64,000 nucleotides of DNA. Source: Amphiscolops sp. MND2022 (taxonomy: Eukaryota). The notes under the pieces were generated by a model. It saw only the letters and a program-made list of their open reading frames with translations, ran no database searches and had not been told where the DNA came from. The translations under genes were made by a program, and so were the position numbers. Location of the stretch: assembly GCA_964187785.1 (NCBI GenBank), contig OZ076409.1:76448001-76512000 (forward strand), read 5' to 3'. This document shows, one piece after another, positions 1 through 14,100 of the stretch (positions within the stretch are counted from its first letter, which is position 1; each line of letters begins with the position of its first letter).

Positions 1-447
1 TTGGCCTGGTGTCAACTTGGAAGGGCTATCCTTCTAAAATCGTTAATCAAGAGTGTTTTTGGGTAGGTATATGTTGCATTAGTACCAATTAGAGCTTCAT
101 CAACAGTTTGCCAACGGCAAAAACGATGTCGTGATAATTCCGTTATAAGAATATTAATTAACAAATTGTTTCCAAAGTTGATTTTTTCCATTCGAAATGT
201 GTCCTAATGCCACCAAATTGAATAAAATAATAAATGGTATTGACTAAACCTAAATAACATTGAAAAAGAAGCTCAACATTTTTAATAGGTCTCATTATGG
301 AAGCTGAAACCTCACGTTTTAACTTAATTAACGTCAACGCCACATACTTTACATCAACGCCCACCGTCTGTGGGCATGCCGAGGCATGCCCTTCGACGAC
401 GTATACCAATTACATATATATCTACACCCACCCGCGGTAGCCGCTAG

Positions 448-2417
448 GTGCGGGGGGGTAACCCCAACAAATATATTGGAGGATTCGGGTAGGGTCCTGA
501 ATCCGATTTTAACTCTAATAGCTATCGATAGGAAATCTTGCAAAAATTTCGGGATCTCGTGATCTAACCATAGGATTTTAAAGTTGGAGCGGCCCCCACC
601 AGATTTTCCGAAAATTAGCGCCCCCCACCGGGTTCCATACCCCGGAAAATTTTTTTCTGGCCACACGGGCAACCGTTAGGGGGTCATTTTAGGGGTAAAA
701 TTCATATTGGGCCACATAACTTTTTTTCTGTTGATTTAAAACTTTGGAACCCTGCTAAAAGTTTCTTGACCGTGTTGCAGGGGCCCCGAAGGTCCAAACC
801 AAATTTTTCTATCTTGAAGCTATCTCCAAGTACCCCCCCGCTCAAACCGTTATTTTTCCGGAAACGCAGGTTTTTGACCCGGAAGGAGTCGTCTGAGCGC
901 GGGGTCGTTAGGTGATGTATTGGGGACGGCCTTGAGACGAAGTGGGGGACAAGTAGTTTGCCAACCTCAATTTACCCCCCGGACGGGAAATGACCGTTAT
1001 ATGAGCGTGAAAAATGCCCCCCTCCACGTTTTACCGCTATTTCCGGTGTGAAGGAGTGGGAGTAGCGCGTCGGGTGTTATATAACAAAAGTAGGTTTAGA
1101 CAAGGACCTATCGGAAACATGTAGTTTGGGACCCCCTGGACCAACCCGTTAGCGGGAAATGGGGCTTCCGCCTCCTTTTTTTAGTGCTAAAACCGTAAAA
1201 TGGGCATTGAGGGGTAAATATCTCGTGAACGCGTGGAGCAATCGTGTCCATCACTACTACAAGGTTTCATACCCATGATATGGTGCCTTCAGGGGGGCAA
1301 ACAGATTTCCGCTATCTATCACCGTTACCGACTTGGCCCCCCAGCCTAACCGCTATGTGACCGGAAATGTCACTTTTTGAGCCCAAAGGGTCGGTCCCAG
1401 CCGGGGAACGTTAGGTAACTTATTGTAGTACTCAATGAGACGAGTTGAGGGATATAGTTTCAGTCACCCCCCGTTACCCCTTGGGACCGGAAATGACCGT
1501 TATGTGGGTAAAATTGCAATTTTTATACTTTTCAAGTGTATTTAGGTGCGGAAGGAGTGGTAATAGGTGCTTGGACACTATATGAGGTAAGGGAGGACGT
1601 GAGGCGAGCATTCGGAAATAACCGTTATGTTGACCCTAAAGTCCCCCTGGTACCGTAAACGACCGGAAATGGTCAAATTTTATGTCTATTGGGTACAAAT
1701 GTTTTGTATTTTGTAGATAAAAGTATCTATTAGGTGTTTCGACGGTCTACAGTAGTGAACATAGTCATGAAACCTTGTGGGGGGTAACGGTATATAGCAC
1801 CGGAAGTCAAACCGTTGGAGACAGGATAGGTTTTTTGGTTTTAAAATGTCTTTCGGCGTAATTTTTTCGACTCTTGTGGACTATTTTTAAAAATTAAAGT
1901 TTTTCCATATAGTTTCAGAGACTCCGAAACCTCAACCAACATAACCGTTACCTTATGATAGCCTTTCAAGTTGGCCTGGTGTCAACTTGGAAGCGCTATC
2001 CTTCTGAAATCGTTAATCAAGAGTGTTTTTGGGTAGGTATATATTGCATTAGTACCAATTAGAGCTTCATCAGCAGTGTATCAACGACAAAAACTATGCC
2101 GTCATGATTCCGTTATTAGAATCATAGTGAGCAAATTGTTAAAAAAAATGGTTTTTTCCATACAAAAAGTGTCCTAAATGCCAGGAAACCTATTTACCTA
2201 ACAAATGGTATTCTTTGGAATGTTTGTAACAGATTTATAAAAGTTCAAATTGAATATTACATTTCATTATGGAAGCTGAAACGTCATATTTTAGTTTAAT
2301 TAACGTCAACGCCACACACTTTACATCAACGCACACCGTCTGTGGGCATGCCGAGGCATGCCCTTCGACGACGTATGACAAATCCTTATCAAACGACGCC
2401 CGTACATCCCGGGCTAG
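448..2417 (+). mobile_element. Non-autonomous module, divergent 1970-bp type; 1-447 is the 3' end of a sister copy
   Basis: GTG start, GGGTAGGGTCC hairpin, 3' GGGCATGCCGAGGCATGCCC palindrome and CTAG end. Bases 1-400 are homologous to 1971-2375. Confidence 0.75.
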
Positions 2418-3704
2418 GTGCCGGGATTACTATTCGATAAGGTATGTGGCGCGTGTGGGTAGGGTCCCTGGCGCGCTCTTGGGTATGGTGTTCACCAGCT
2501 AGGAAACAGGGGTCGATTTTTCGGGATCTCCTAAACTAGCCACACGATTTGGCTGAAATTTGGCACACGTACCCCCCTCGGCACGGTGAAGATGATTTCC
2601 TACTGACGTTTTTCCCGCAAAATTTTTTTTGTTGTCCAAAATAACGGTTTTTGGGGTAAAATTTTGAATTTTTTTTAAATTTTATCTTATATCTCGCCAC
2701 CGGTTTACGCTAGCGCTTCAAAACCCTGCTAAAGAAAGCTTGCAAACTGTCTCAGGAATGCGGTGTGAAATTTTCAGCTCAATCGGACTTAAACTCGGGG
2801 AGATATAGCGTTTTTCCGGAGCGGGGGGGTTTCATTTTTCTAACGGTCCAGCTTATCTTTGCCATTTTTTCGAAAATGCACTCGCCTAAAGGCCTCCCCT
2901 GGCCGGTTTTATTCCCAGCAAAACCATTTGGCCCTAAATACGGAGTTTCAGCGTTCCAGCATTCCCGGGCGAAAAGTTGTGGGACTTAGAAAAGTTCAAA
3001 AATTTTCAAAAAAATTTTTTTTCCGTTTTCCGCCCTCCCCCCCTAGGGGAAAAGACCCCCCAACCAGTAATTTGAGTGAATTCATGTGGAAAGGCCACGT
3101 TTAGAGGAGAAAAATGCCGTTTAGAACGTCTTTTTATCTTGGCTCAACGTTGACTTATGACGTTTTGAAGGTGATGTTTGGAGGTGTAAAGCACGTTAAT
3201 AGTAAACGTTATGAGTATTTATCTGATCTGAAAGCCATTGAGATGCAATATGGTTTGCTCAAAACGTAATTCATGGCAGTTTGGCAATCAATCAACACCC
3301 TTTGTTGTCGTTTGACATACTTTTTTGTTGTTATAATAAAAAATTTTGTGTATTTATTCATTTTTTTCTCATCAAATAACTTGAAACAGTTGAGTACATT
3401 CCATCCCCCCTTCCGGGGGAGATGAGAATGTACTCGCAAAAAGCACCAAACTACGGCCCTTACCTTCCCGAGCTACGCAGTATAAGGATTACATATTGGT
3501 TCCGAAATTTTCATAGAGTTAAATCTTGGTAATCTGTCTGGGTATGCAGAAAAACCAGCACGTGCTTTTTTATACCAAGTTGCTCACAACGACAATTATT
3601 TTATATCAACGCCCCCATATTTATCAACGCCCCCCGTCCGTGGGCATGCCGAGGCATGCCCTTCGACGACGTATACCAAGATATGTTCGAGCGCGTTAGC
3701 CTAG
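2418..3704 (+). mobile_element. Non-autonomous module, 1287 bp
   Basis: GTG...CTAG bounds and shared motifs; related to 20406-21677. Confidence 0.8.
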
Positions 3705-4976
3705 GTGGCCGCGTCTTTTGTCGAACTTTAACCATGGAGGCGCGGGTAGGGTCCTGCGCCGACTTAGTGCCTTTACTATGATACAAAAATAGGTACCTGA
3801 GTAAACGATCTCGAAGATGAGCCGTCAGAAATTCCTGAAAATTTGCATGTGGCCCCCAATTGGCGAGCATATGAAAAGTGTAGGAGGTCATTTTTCCCAA
3901 ATTCCACTGTGAGACAAGATAAACGCGAAAAATGAGGTAAAAAATGGACCCATTTTTGATAAATTTTGCAATATCTCGTTCCAGAGGCATCGGAGGTACC
4001 GTATACCTGACGTGGAAAATGCTCGGCATGTGAAGGGGGTTACGTGGACAAATTTTCGTCCAAATCGGATAAAAATTGACAGAGTAATAACAAATTTTTT
4101 TGTGCATTTTGGCGACTTTTTCAGAAAACCCAGTTTATCTCTGCCGTTTTTTGCCCAGATTTTTTTCTAGAACCTCTCCTAAAGGCCTCCCCTGGCCGGT
4201 TTACCTCCCAAAAAAACCATTTGGCCCTAAATACGAAGTTTCAGCGTTCTAGCATTCCCCAGTGAAAAGTTATGGGACTTAGAAAATTTTCAAAATTTTT
4301 GAAAATTTTTCTAAAAAAGTTCAGGCCGCCCAAAGTGAAGAAACTTCCACACAACTAGTATTGCAAGTCAATGCATGTGGAAAGCCCTGTACTTGACGAG
4401 AAAAATGTCGTTTAGAACGTCTTTTTATCTTAACTTGATGTTGACTTATGATCTTTTGAGTAGCGTATAACACGTGATCTTAGTAGTGAAAATCCTAATT
4501 TTCAAAAATTTTCAAACAATAACGCAGGAAAAGAACCTGGAAAAGATTCCGATGGGTCAGTTGGGATGTCTGAAGCATGTGTACATTCCCGTAGTGTATA
4601 GCGGATGTATTTGGGACTTATTAGAAATTGTGATATATTTTATACAAGTCTTTGTTTCTCTTAGAATCTTATGCAGTTGAGTACATTCCATCTCCCTCTC
4701 AGGGGAGATGTGAATGTACGTTTGCCAAATGCCTTGTAAAGCTCACAATTTTGATGGATTCAAATAACTAAACAAGTGTGATTTGCGTTTGCCGAACCAC
4801 TGTGACAAAATATCCTAAATCTATAGCGAGATTGTAAGGTTTTTGTCTTTAGTGTTTCGTCTTGTGTAGCCGACTTCCACATCCAAATATCAACGCCCGC
4901 CGTCCGTAGGCATGCCGAGGCATGCCTTTCGACGACGTATGCTAAATACTTAATGCCACGCTGTCATTATCGCTAG
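3705..4976 (+). mobile_element. Non-autonomous module, 1272 bp
   Basis: GTG...CTAG bounds and shared motifs. Confidence 0.8.
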
Positions 4977-6227
4977 GTGGTCGGTATTCTTTACTACCTC
5001 ATGCTCTGAGGGCGGGGTAGGGCCCCTCGCCCGATCCTAATCCTTAGGATTTTAAACATAAGGCCAATAATCCAGATAGAGGCGATCTCGAAAACTAACC
5101 TTACGATTTGGCTGAAATTTTGCATGCGGCTCCCTATGACAGATATAAGAACAAATCCCTAGTGGCATTTTGCTGGGAAAATTCAGTTTTTGGGTCAAAA
5201 TCACTATTTTAGGTCCAAAAAATGGCGTTTTTTCGGAAAATTTTTTTTCAAGAGCCAATATCTCGCTCCCAGGTGCTCGGAGCGGGTCGCATGTGGACGT
5301 TGATATTGCTGGGCACTTCGTAAGGAGTCCGTAGACAAATTTTGGTTCAGATCGGATGAAAATTGACTGAGTAATAGAAAACTTTGAAAGGCATTTTGTC
5401 GAAAATTTTTGAAATCCCAGTCTATCTCTGCCGTTTTTTGCCCAGATTTTTTTCCAGGACCTCTCCTAAAGGCCTCCCCTGGCCGGTTTACCTCCCAGAA
5501 AAACCATTTGGCCCTTTTGCCGCAGTTTCAGCGATCCAGGATTCCCCGGGTAAAAGTAAAATGACTTAGAATTTTTTCGAAAAATTTTCAAAATTTTTTT
5601 TTTCTACTTTACGCCTCCCAAAGTCAAGAAACGTCCACACAACTAGTATTGCAAGTGGATGCATGTGGAAAGTGCTTGAATAGAGGAGAAAAATGAGCTA
5701 TTATAAAACTTTTTAGCTTAACCTGACGTTGACTTATGACAATTTGAGTATAGGTAGGTTTTAAATTAGTGGTGTTCCTAACTAATTTTTTTCCTTTTCC
5801 AGGTGACGCAGTCGACTTTTTCTGCATACAGGTAGTATTTGGTAACAGGTTACGTCTGGTTTGTGGTAATTTGGTAAGCAGAAGGTAGTTTCAGAAGGTA
5901 AGTATTTTTTTCTCTGCCCTGTTCTTTTTAGAGGGGGTCCCATGGACCTCGCTGACGGTTGCAAATGTGTAGGGCAACCTGAGGCGAAAGGTGTAGATCT
6001 GCCTTAAGGGGCGGTGAGGTAAAATAAATCTAATTAAGGTCCGATTGTTTAATGCTTCTTTAAACTGAGCTGTTTTGTATGTGTCTTGTTCTTGTATTAT
6101 TCGAATGTTTTAAATTTAATTACCTTCAGTTTTTTTTACTTATTACAGTGTCACATAATTCAAATCTTTCAAATTTAATTACCTTCAGCTTTTATTTACA
6201 TGATTGTTTCAATTCCTGTTCAAACTT

Positions 6228-6810
6228 CGTCGAGCGACGGTCTACTAATACAAGGGTGGCCAAATGCTTATATACATTTCTTTGGTATTGATTTTTCTCT
6301 AATTTCCTTGGCGAGCGGCGGTCTTTCGATACAAGGGTGTTCAAATGCTTATTTTTTACATTTTTGATACTGATCTTTTAACGTTTTCCATTGAGACAGT
6401 TCACCAGTTTCCATTGGTTTTGAAAATTTATTAAAATTTTTAAAAATGCTTATATACATTTCTTTGGTATTGATTTTTCTCTAATTTCCTTGGCGAGCAG
6501 CATGTTTTATCAGTTGAATAATTCAGTATTTATTTCATCTTTTGAAGATTTTATTCTTGTTAATTGAAACCTTTAAAACCGAATCTTTAACTAATCCATT
6601 TCGCATTCTTTCGAATACCAAACTACTTCTTTATCAAATGCTCATATATATTTCTTTGGTGTTGCTTTTTCATTTTCCATGGCGAGCGACGGTCTACTGA
6701 TACAAGGGTGGCCAAATGCTCCGAAAAGCTTCTTCGTGTTTTTGGTGTTGCTTTTTTTCATTTTCCATGGCGAGCGACGGTCTACTGATACAAGGGTGGC
6801 CAAATGCTCT
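6228..6810 (+). repeat. Dispersed short direct repeats upstream of the SGNH gene
   Basis: GAGCGACGGTCTACTRATACAAGGGTGGCCAAATGCT-like copies at ~6232, 6313, 6684 and 6772, plus degenerate copies. Confidence 0.8.
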
Positions 6811-6868
6811 AAAATATGTATGTAACAGTTTATTGGGTTTTAATTTTCGGTTCAATTTTTTCAGAAAT

Positions 6869-7543
6869 ATGCAAAATTCAGTCGTGATAAATTCCATGTC
6901 TTTTTTGGTGGAAGAATTTATTAACGGAAGTCCTATGCTCCTTCTTGGAGACAGTCTCTTGTGGGGCTTCCGAATGGCGGAGGTCGATCTCATTGCAATC
7001 AAAGGCGCAAGGCCTCAAGACCTCGAACAATACTTGATGAATAATCCACTACCCATGGACACTTATAGAGTCATCGCCGTGATATGCGGAGGAAATTGCT
7101 TTAAGCAAAAAGTAAAAAATGGTGTCGTCAGGCCAAACTGTTCGCCATTTCGTGTGAGTAACTTTTCTTTTCACTCATTATGCTATTAATATTTATTTGA
7201 CATTTTTTTGTGTATTGACACTTTGATACATTGATTCTCTTTGGAAAATCATACGATTTGTTTCCAGGCATACCGTTTGCTAATCGATTTAGCAAATTTT
7301 ATAATGGCTCAAGCTACCGCCCGTGTAATAGTTATTGGCGTGCCTCCGCGCCATGATGGTACCCTTGAAGAAATACGCCAGTTGAATTCTTTGCTTGCCC
7401 TAGACAGGCGCTTTGGGTACAAATACATAGGAGTCTCCTGCTCCCTGATCAACAAGTCGGTCCTCGGTCAGGACAAAGTACACCTCCAGGCAGAAGGGAA
7501 AGCGAAGCTCAAAAGGGTTATCAGAACCAAGATAATATGTTAG
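6869..7543 (+). CDS. SGNH/GDSL hydrolase, 2 exons (6869-7153, 7268-7543), ~186 aa; start codon uncertain
   Basis: SGNH blocks LLLGDS, IKGAR, CGGN and DKVH. Phase-0 intron with GTGAGT donor (7154) and TTCCAG acceptor (ending 7267) joins the two ORF-track frames. Confidence 0.8.
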
Positions 7544-8144
7544 TTTTTCTCATCAGTATTCCTGAATATTTTTCTTTTTCTAAAATTTTTCTTTTTTATT
7601 CATTTTGAGCTTACATCGTTCGTCATTTTCTCTCTGTGTTATTAAATGTTCTTTGTTTTCCACAGCAAGATACCTTTGAAACAGGGAGTCGAGTATCTAT
7701 CCTGTATTGACTGATTATTGACTGACTGTTACTTTTGTTGTAGCATTGCTGGTTCAATACTTTGCATTGTTTAGTATTGCTTATTTGTTATTATTTATTC
7801 TGGTTCATTATTATGCTTTGTTTTGAATACTCTTTTGAATTATCAATCAACTTTGTTTCTAATTTAAAACTAGGGTGTCAGGCAATGTGACGTTAGCGAG
7901 ATTTTTTCTGTTCAAAAACGTATTTCCCGTCGCAATCAAATTCAAGTCGTATAACATTTAAGTGCCGAGTTGACTTTTTCAGGAACAGGTATTATTAGGT
8001 AAAAGGTATTAGTTCAATGAATCGAACATGTTTTCCAATGTAAAACTGCGGAGCATAACCATTTGAGCGTTTTTTCAGAATCAATTGTATTGTTCCCATT
8101 AGCTTGGACGACTTTGCAATCGAGCTCTTGGCTAAAAGTCTAAT

Positions 8145-11100
8145 ATGCCCCCTGGTAGAGGGAGAAAAGCGAAAGGCAGGCGGCCTATGTGTTTGAATTG
8201 TGGTGGTTTTCTTGGAGGTGATGGAAGTTGTAGCAGATGTCTGGCGAGAGAGGTAGTAGTAGAGGATGAACCGCAGGTAAGTATAGACAATACCCCCATA
8301 CCCCCAATGTTCCCCAATGATATTGACATGACAGAAGAAGTGACGATGCCCCCGGTTGTCCCCAACGACATTCAGATGACAGAGGAGGAAACAGTGTGCA
8401 GTAAGTGTTGCAGGACTACTACTGACGACTACCCACTTGACTTCCAAACTTTGAACAAAGACTCTGTACAATCAACAATGTTTGGCAAACCTACTCGTGA
8501 GATGGTCGGGGACACAGTAACAATGTGTCAACAGTGCCTCATTTACAACAGCAACGATAACCGGTCGACAGATTGGCCCAATGCTTGGCCCAGCGTTATG
8601 TATACCTTTTTATTCGAAACACATAGGTTCAATTCTAATACTCGGAATCTGTTGAACGTTCTGCCAGTCGAAATAAGACTTTCTTTTCGGTATCACTTAA
8701 ACACTGTTTGTCCGGGTTTATACACTAGTGTTAACGAAACGGGATTTCGGGATATAACTAAAGAAAAGTCAAATTTTTGGACTCTAATTACCACTCGAAC
8801 TGCTAAAACACTGGTGCAAGCTTTAACTGAGTATTGTTTTCCAAACGTTAGATGCCCGGCAGGTTGCTTCGAGTTTATTGAAAAAACATCCGGTATTTCT
8901 TTTGCACATTTTTTAAATTATTTACACCCGACTTTTACAAGTTTCAACGCAAACAGTTCTAAATTTCTGAACGGTGCGCGGAAAAATTTCCTAGAACGTG
9001 AAACACTGTTGGAAAAGTTCGAAATTTCCCCATGCGTTATCAACAACCAAAACGGATTGCAATTAGTAACTTGTTCCGACCATGAGAATGGTGTTACACT
9101 AAGATACGTTCATGTGCCAACTAACCCAATAGTAGGAAATGTAAGTATTAATAATGCAGACAGATTAGCTTTGATGGTATCGAGCGTTCGAACAGTTCGA
9201 CCCCTGAAAATAGGATCTAAAAGTGCTACTTTTACCATGTGCCGTGTCGACAGTGGACGGGTAAGTGGTGTGAGCTCCACTGTTCTCCATAAGTTCAGAA
9301 ACTTTGACGCCCCCTATAATGAACGTTTATTTAATCTTGAAAAATTTATAATTAACTGTAGGACTGATGTTCAGGATGTTATTAGAACTTGCTGTGAAAA
9401 CGAAGAAATGAGCAACATTTTGGCCGAATTTTATTTGAACAGTGAATCGCCCGTCAGTAATGTCATTGTTGAAAAGCACATTTCCAATTCAGTAGTTTTT
9501 GATATAAATTGTTTGATGAAAATGAAAGATTTTGTTGAAAGTTGTCCTGATGACATGAAAAATAAGGATTACTTCATGGCGCCCATAGCTTTTGGACACA
9601 CAGTCGATGATTATGGCCATGAACCACCAACTCTTCCACAAACAGTTTCAGAAGATTTTGACTTGTTTGCTTTTGTTGTGGCATTTTCTACTCAGGATGT
9701 TTTATGGTCCAAGCTTGTGGAAAATTGTCAAGACAACTATGATGTTCAAGCATTGTGTGGAACACTCCATAAACTTAGGCAAAGTTCTAATAAAAGAAGA
9801 AATGGTAAGAAAACTAATAATTCGGTACGCGCAACAGCTGTTAGTGCGCTTACATTAGCCTTGGAAAACATTTTTGGCTCTAAAACCGACGCATTTTTAA
9901 ATATGTGTGAAATTCTCGACGGCTGTATGGTCGTTCAGATCCAACGCAGAGAATTCGATATTAGGGTAGACTGTACTAGGAATGACGTTGTTGTTCTTGC
10001 TTCCGTCGTCTCAACTGGTAGAAATCCTCAACTTCCGTTTGAAATAACTTCTGTCAATGGTCGGTCATTCCATTTAACGTTGATAGTTGCGGAAAACAGA
10101 GCTAGCGTGCGTTATGGACCACCTTTTTTCGGTTTTTGGACCATGTCGTCTGATGGGCACAGACCGGTGAAAGATCCCAACTTGCAGGAGCAGTACAATC
10201 GAACTTGGAAGTTTCTCGTTTACATATCAAAAACAACTTCACCGGAATCTTCGAAAATGCGATACTTGACGTATATGGGAGGGCAAAGTGTGTTTTTCTG
10301 TCGGGAACATAATTATCCCTTAACTACTGATTACATAAGCAGCAATAGGAAATGTAGTCTACCAAGAACTGACCACCGAGGTCTAACATGCACGCGAAAA
10401 TCCGCCTGGAGATGTCCTAAGAAAGATTGCTTTGCTTCGACTTGCAAATCACATTTCCGCGAGTTATGCGATAACGTAGATCGAGTTTTCGTAGATAATA
10501 CACCTTCAGATGAGCCTATAGCTGACAGCAGTGATGACGAAATTCTGTTGCCACAAGACGAAGAACAACAAAGCCCTGAACTTGATCAACGTGAATTTGG
10601 TCTTGACAACCCCGGAACTTCTCATTATGAAGAAGAAGCAAATATGGACGAGTTTGACGCCCCCCAGTTGATTGTAGACGCCGGTTATCAAGACAATAAC
10701 GCTTTTACCTCTGACTCTGGCTGTGAACCTGTTTACTTGTCTAAAGATTCCAATTGCGTCCCTATGCACGTTCTTCTGAATGGAGAATGTCAAGTAATGA
10801 AACGACTGCGATATCCGACACCTGTAGGCAAAAAGTTCAAACGGTTTTTTCAAAATTTTGTTTCAACTCTGCAAGGAAGAGCAATTCCTTTTCTTCAAGT
10901 AGAGGCGCACATGTTTGTTCACATTTTTTACAAGCAGTTGGAGGACGGATCATTTCCTGGCGCACTTCCCTTTTTTTTATATGATGATAGATACGCTAAC
11001 TCAAAATTTGATTTCGATGGCCTCCACGAGCACATGAAATTAAGACTGAAAGACGCAACACTTTTGACTTCATCAAGTCTTCCGTACATTATGCACGCGT

Positions 11101-14100
11101 TCGATGCCGTTCTAAATTTGTCGTTGGTTAAATGTCACACAAATCAGCTTTTTAAACGTGGTCTGCAAAATATTCAAATTGGTAAGCATAAACCGCAGCA
11201 GTTAACATCAACTGAGTCTGTTTTGAGGATGGATAGTGTCGACAGCGATGTTCATGTTAACCGTCTCGCAGCCGCTTGCAAATCTGAAATTCCCGATATT
11301 TTTGTTACTTTTACATGTAATCAAAAGGAACATCCTGGAGTAGCCGAAGTCGTTCAGGCTATTTATGAACTTTACGGAAACGCAACAACTGAAGAATTGA
11401 AAGAAGTGCTCCAGGCTTACATGGTCATCATTGTAAGATGCTGGACGAGGACAGTTGAACTTTTGTTAGATTATTTGAGATTTTCCGACGAACATATCTT
11501 AGGTGAAATTTTGAAGGTTTGGGGTCGGGCTGAGTTTCAAAATGCCGCAGCAAACTTACAACATTATCATATTCTTTTTTGGTTAAAAAATACGTGCGAA
11601 GACATAATCGACAAAATTCAATGTGCTCATAAGCATGTTTTCAATGAATTCAAAAATTTGTTTCACACGAATTTTGGAACTGTGGATAGTGAACAACATG
11701 CAGAACAGATGTTTGATGATTGTGTAAAAATTCAAACACATAATTGTGAAAAAGGACATTGTTTGAAGAAAGTTAGGTTGAATGGCGAGCGAAAATGCCG
11801 CTTCCCTCCGTATCCCGAAAGTCACGTCCCATGGTACAAAGAGTTTCATCAGCCGCACTCTAATGAGGCTTTAGAAGCGTTGAGTGAACTCGGCTTGGCT
11901 GAACCATTGCCTGGTACGGAAACCGGCTTCCAGGTTACGTCTACTTTGAAGGCAGGTAAGTACATGTACGCTGCGCAAAAAGGTGAACACATGTCCCCAT
12001 GTAACGTTCCGTTGTGGAGCATCACAAAATCGAGTTTAAACGTGCTTAAGGTTTGTCATTCGGTCGCCCATCGTTACCTTACGTCCTATACAGCCGGTAA
12101 AGAAGAACATGCTGATGTTAACATTCACCCCGACAATTCCCACAACGTCTGTAATGTGCGTGTGCAAAATATACAGAATAAAAAATTAGGCGGTGTAAGA
12201 AAAATTTTGGCTCGTGAAGCAAAACAAAATAAAACTGATGGCCTAATCGATTCTACTACGATTGCCAGCACTGAATGTGTCTCATGGTTGTTGCAACTTC
12301 CAACTGTGTTAACAACTATGGATTTTGTTTCCTGTCCTTCCGTGCCACTTGAAAATCGTGGTGGGGTTATACTTAAGAGAAAAAACAACACCCAGTCGAG
12401 GGTTGATAGGCCAGGTGTAGCAAATGAGGGACCAGCAGAAGTTAGACAACTGATGCTCAGTCTGCCACCTCACAGATGGTTAACAGAGGCGCAAAAAACT
12501 GTTTTGGAAAGTGTTAACCAGACTGCTTTTAGCACAGACAAAGTAACCGTTTTTTCATTACGTCCACCAGAATTACTATTTGTTGATAAATTGAAGTTGT
12601 ACTTTAGGTGGTTCGTTCGGGAAAAAGTTTCTAAGAAAAATGTGCACTTGACGTTATTAAAACTTGACATTACTGAATCCCATTGGTTGGATGGAGAAGG
12701 TTACGCGATTCGACTTAGGCCTTGTGCAGTTGAGGAATTTGAAAATTTTGTACTTGAAAATTGTTTGGAAAATCCCTCGAATGATCGACTGATTGATGCT
12801 TCGCTGGTAATTTCGGTTGTGCTAAATGAACCAACACACTCAAATTATAGTTTTTTCGTTTCTGAAGATAAAACTCTGTCTAATACCCCGGCTGAGGTTG
12901 TTTTCTCTAAGGTTTACCCCCGTTCTCCTGCCAACTTTTTGGTTCATGTTTTACTTTCTACAGGTAGCTTCGAAACTGAACTGGAGCTGTTTGATGTTCC
13001 GTCCTTAAAAGATGCGTTTGTAAAGGGTAAAATCATTGAAGATAAACAATATTATGATGAAAGTGACGTGAATGAAATCGTAAAAAAATATGTTTTGGAA
13101 GAACTGAGGTATATGCCAGGTGGAACAAGGTCTTTCGATGCAAATTTTCTTGCAGCCAAAAACGCTTTCAAGGGTCTTCTCATTAACAACGACATTTATT
13201 GTGAGTGTCTTCCAATTACGTTGATGACAACTTTGACTGAAGCGTTAGAAGATAAAGCCTTGAAAATGATGCGTCAGTCTCAACTAAACATCATCAAGTC
13301 GCTGGTACAGAAAAAATTGCCCGGTTTCCCTTCGAGAGACGATTTTGAGTACATTAGTAAAGAGTCACCATCAAATTGGGCTGGTGATCTAGTGCCGAAT
13401 TCCTTTCAATCGGTTGAATCTTTGCAAGAACAAAGCTCAATTTTGGAACTTTTAAAAAATGGTATCAATGAATGTGTTTTTGTTGAACATAAGTTTAGGA
13501 AGCATCAATTGATTCTTGGCCCACCTGGCACTGGCAAAACTTATGTCTTAACTATGGCGTTAGGTTTTGCGTTGTCAAAAGGTTTATTTTGTTTGGTAAC
13601 AAGTTTAGCTGCAAGAAGATCGATGCAGTTTGGAGGTGAGCATATTCATAAGTTGTTTTGCCTTCCTACTGTTAACAATGGCTCGCCTTTGAGAATGGCT
13701 GAACAAGCGCTGTCGAAACTTGATTACAAAAATGACAAAAAAATGCTACTGCTTGCCGTCGAAGTGCTGTTTGTTGAAGAAATAAGTTTGATTAGTGCCG
13801 AACAGTGGTCTGCAATGGACATCATTCTGCAAGAACTGAAACAGGTTACCATGCCATTCGGTGGGATACTCGTTGTTGCAAGTGGTGATCAGATGCAACT
13901 TCCGGCCATAAGCGGTAGTGACATTTTTTTCAGTCCCGTTCTCTTGACAAATTTTGCTTTATTTTTTTTGGAACACTTTGTACGCATGACTGACGCGGAT
14001 GGGCAAACAATTTTGAAACACATGTGGAGACGTCCCATTCTACGTCAAGCGATTCAAGAAATAATTGACATTTTGGGTGACAAGTGTACTTTCAAAGAAA

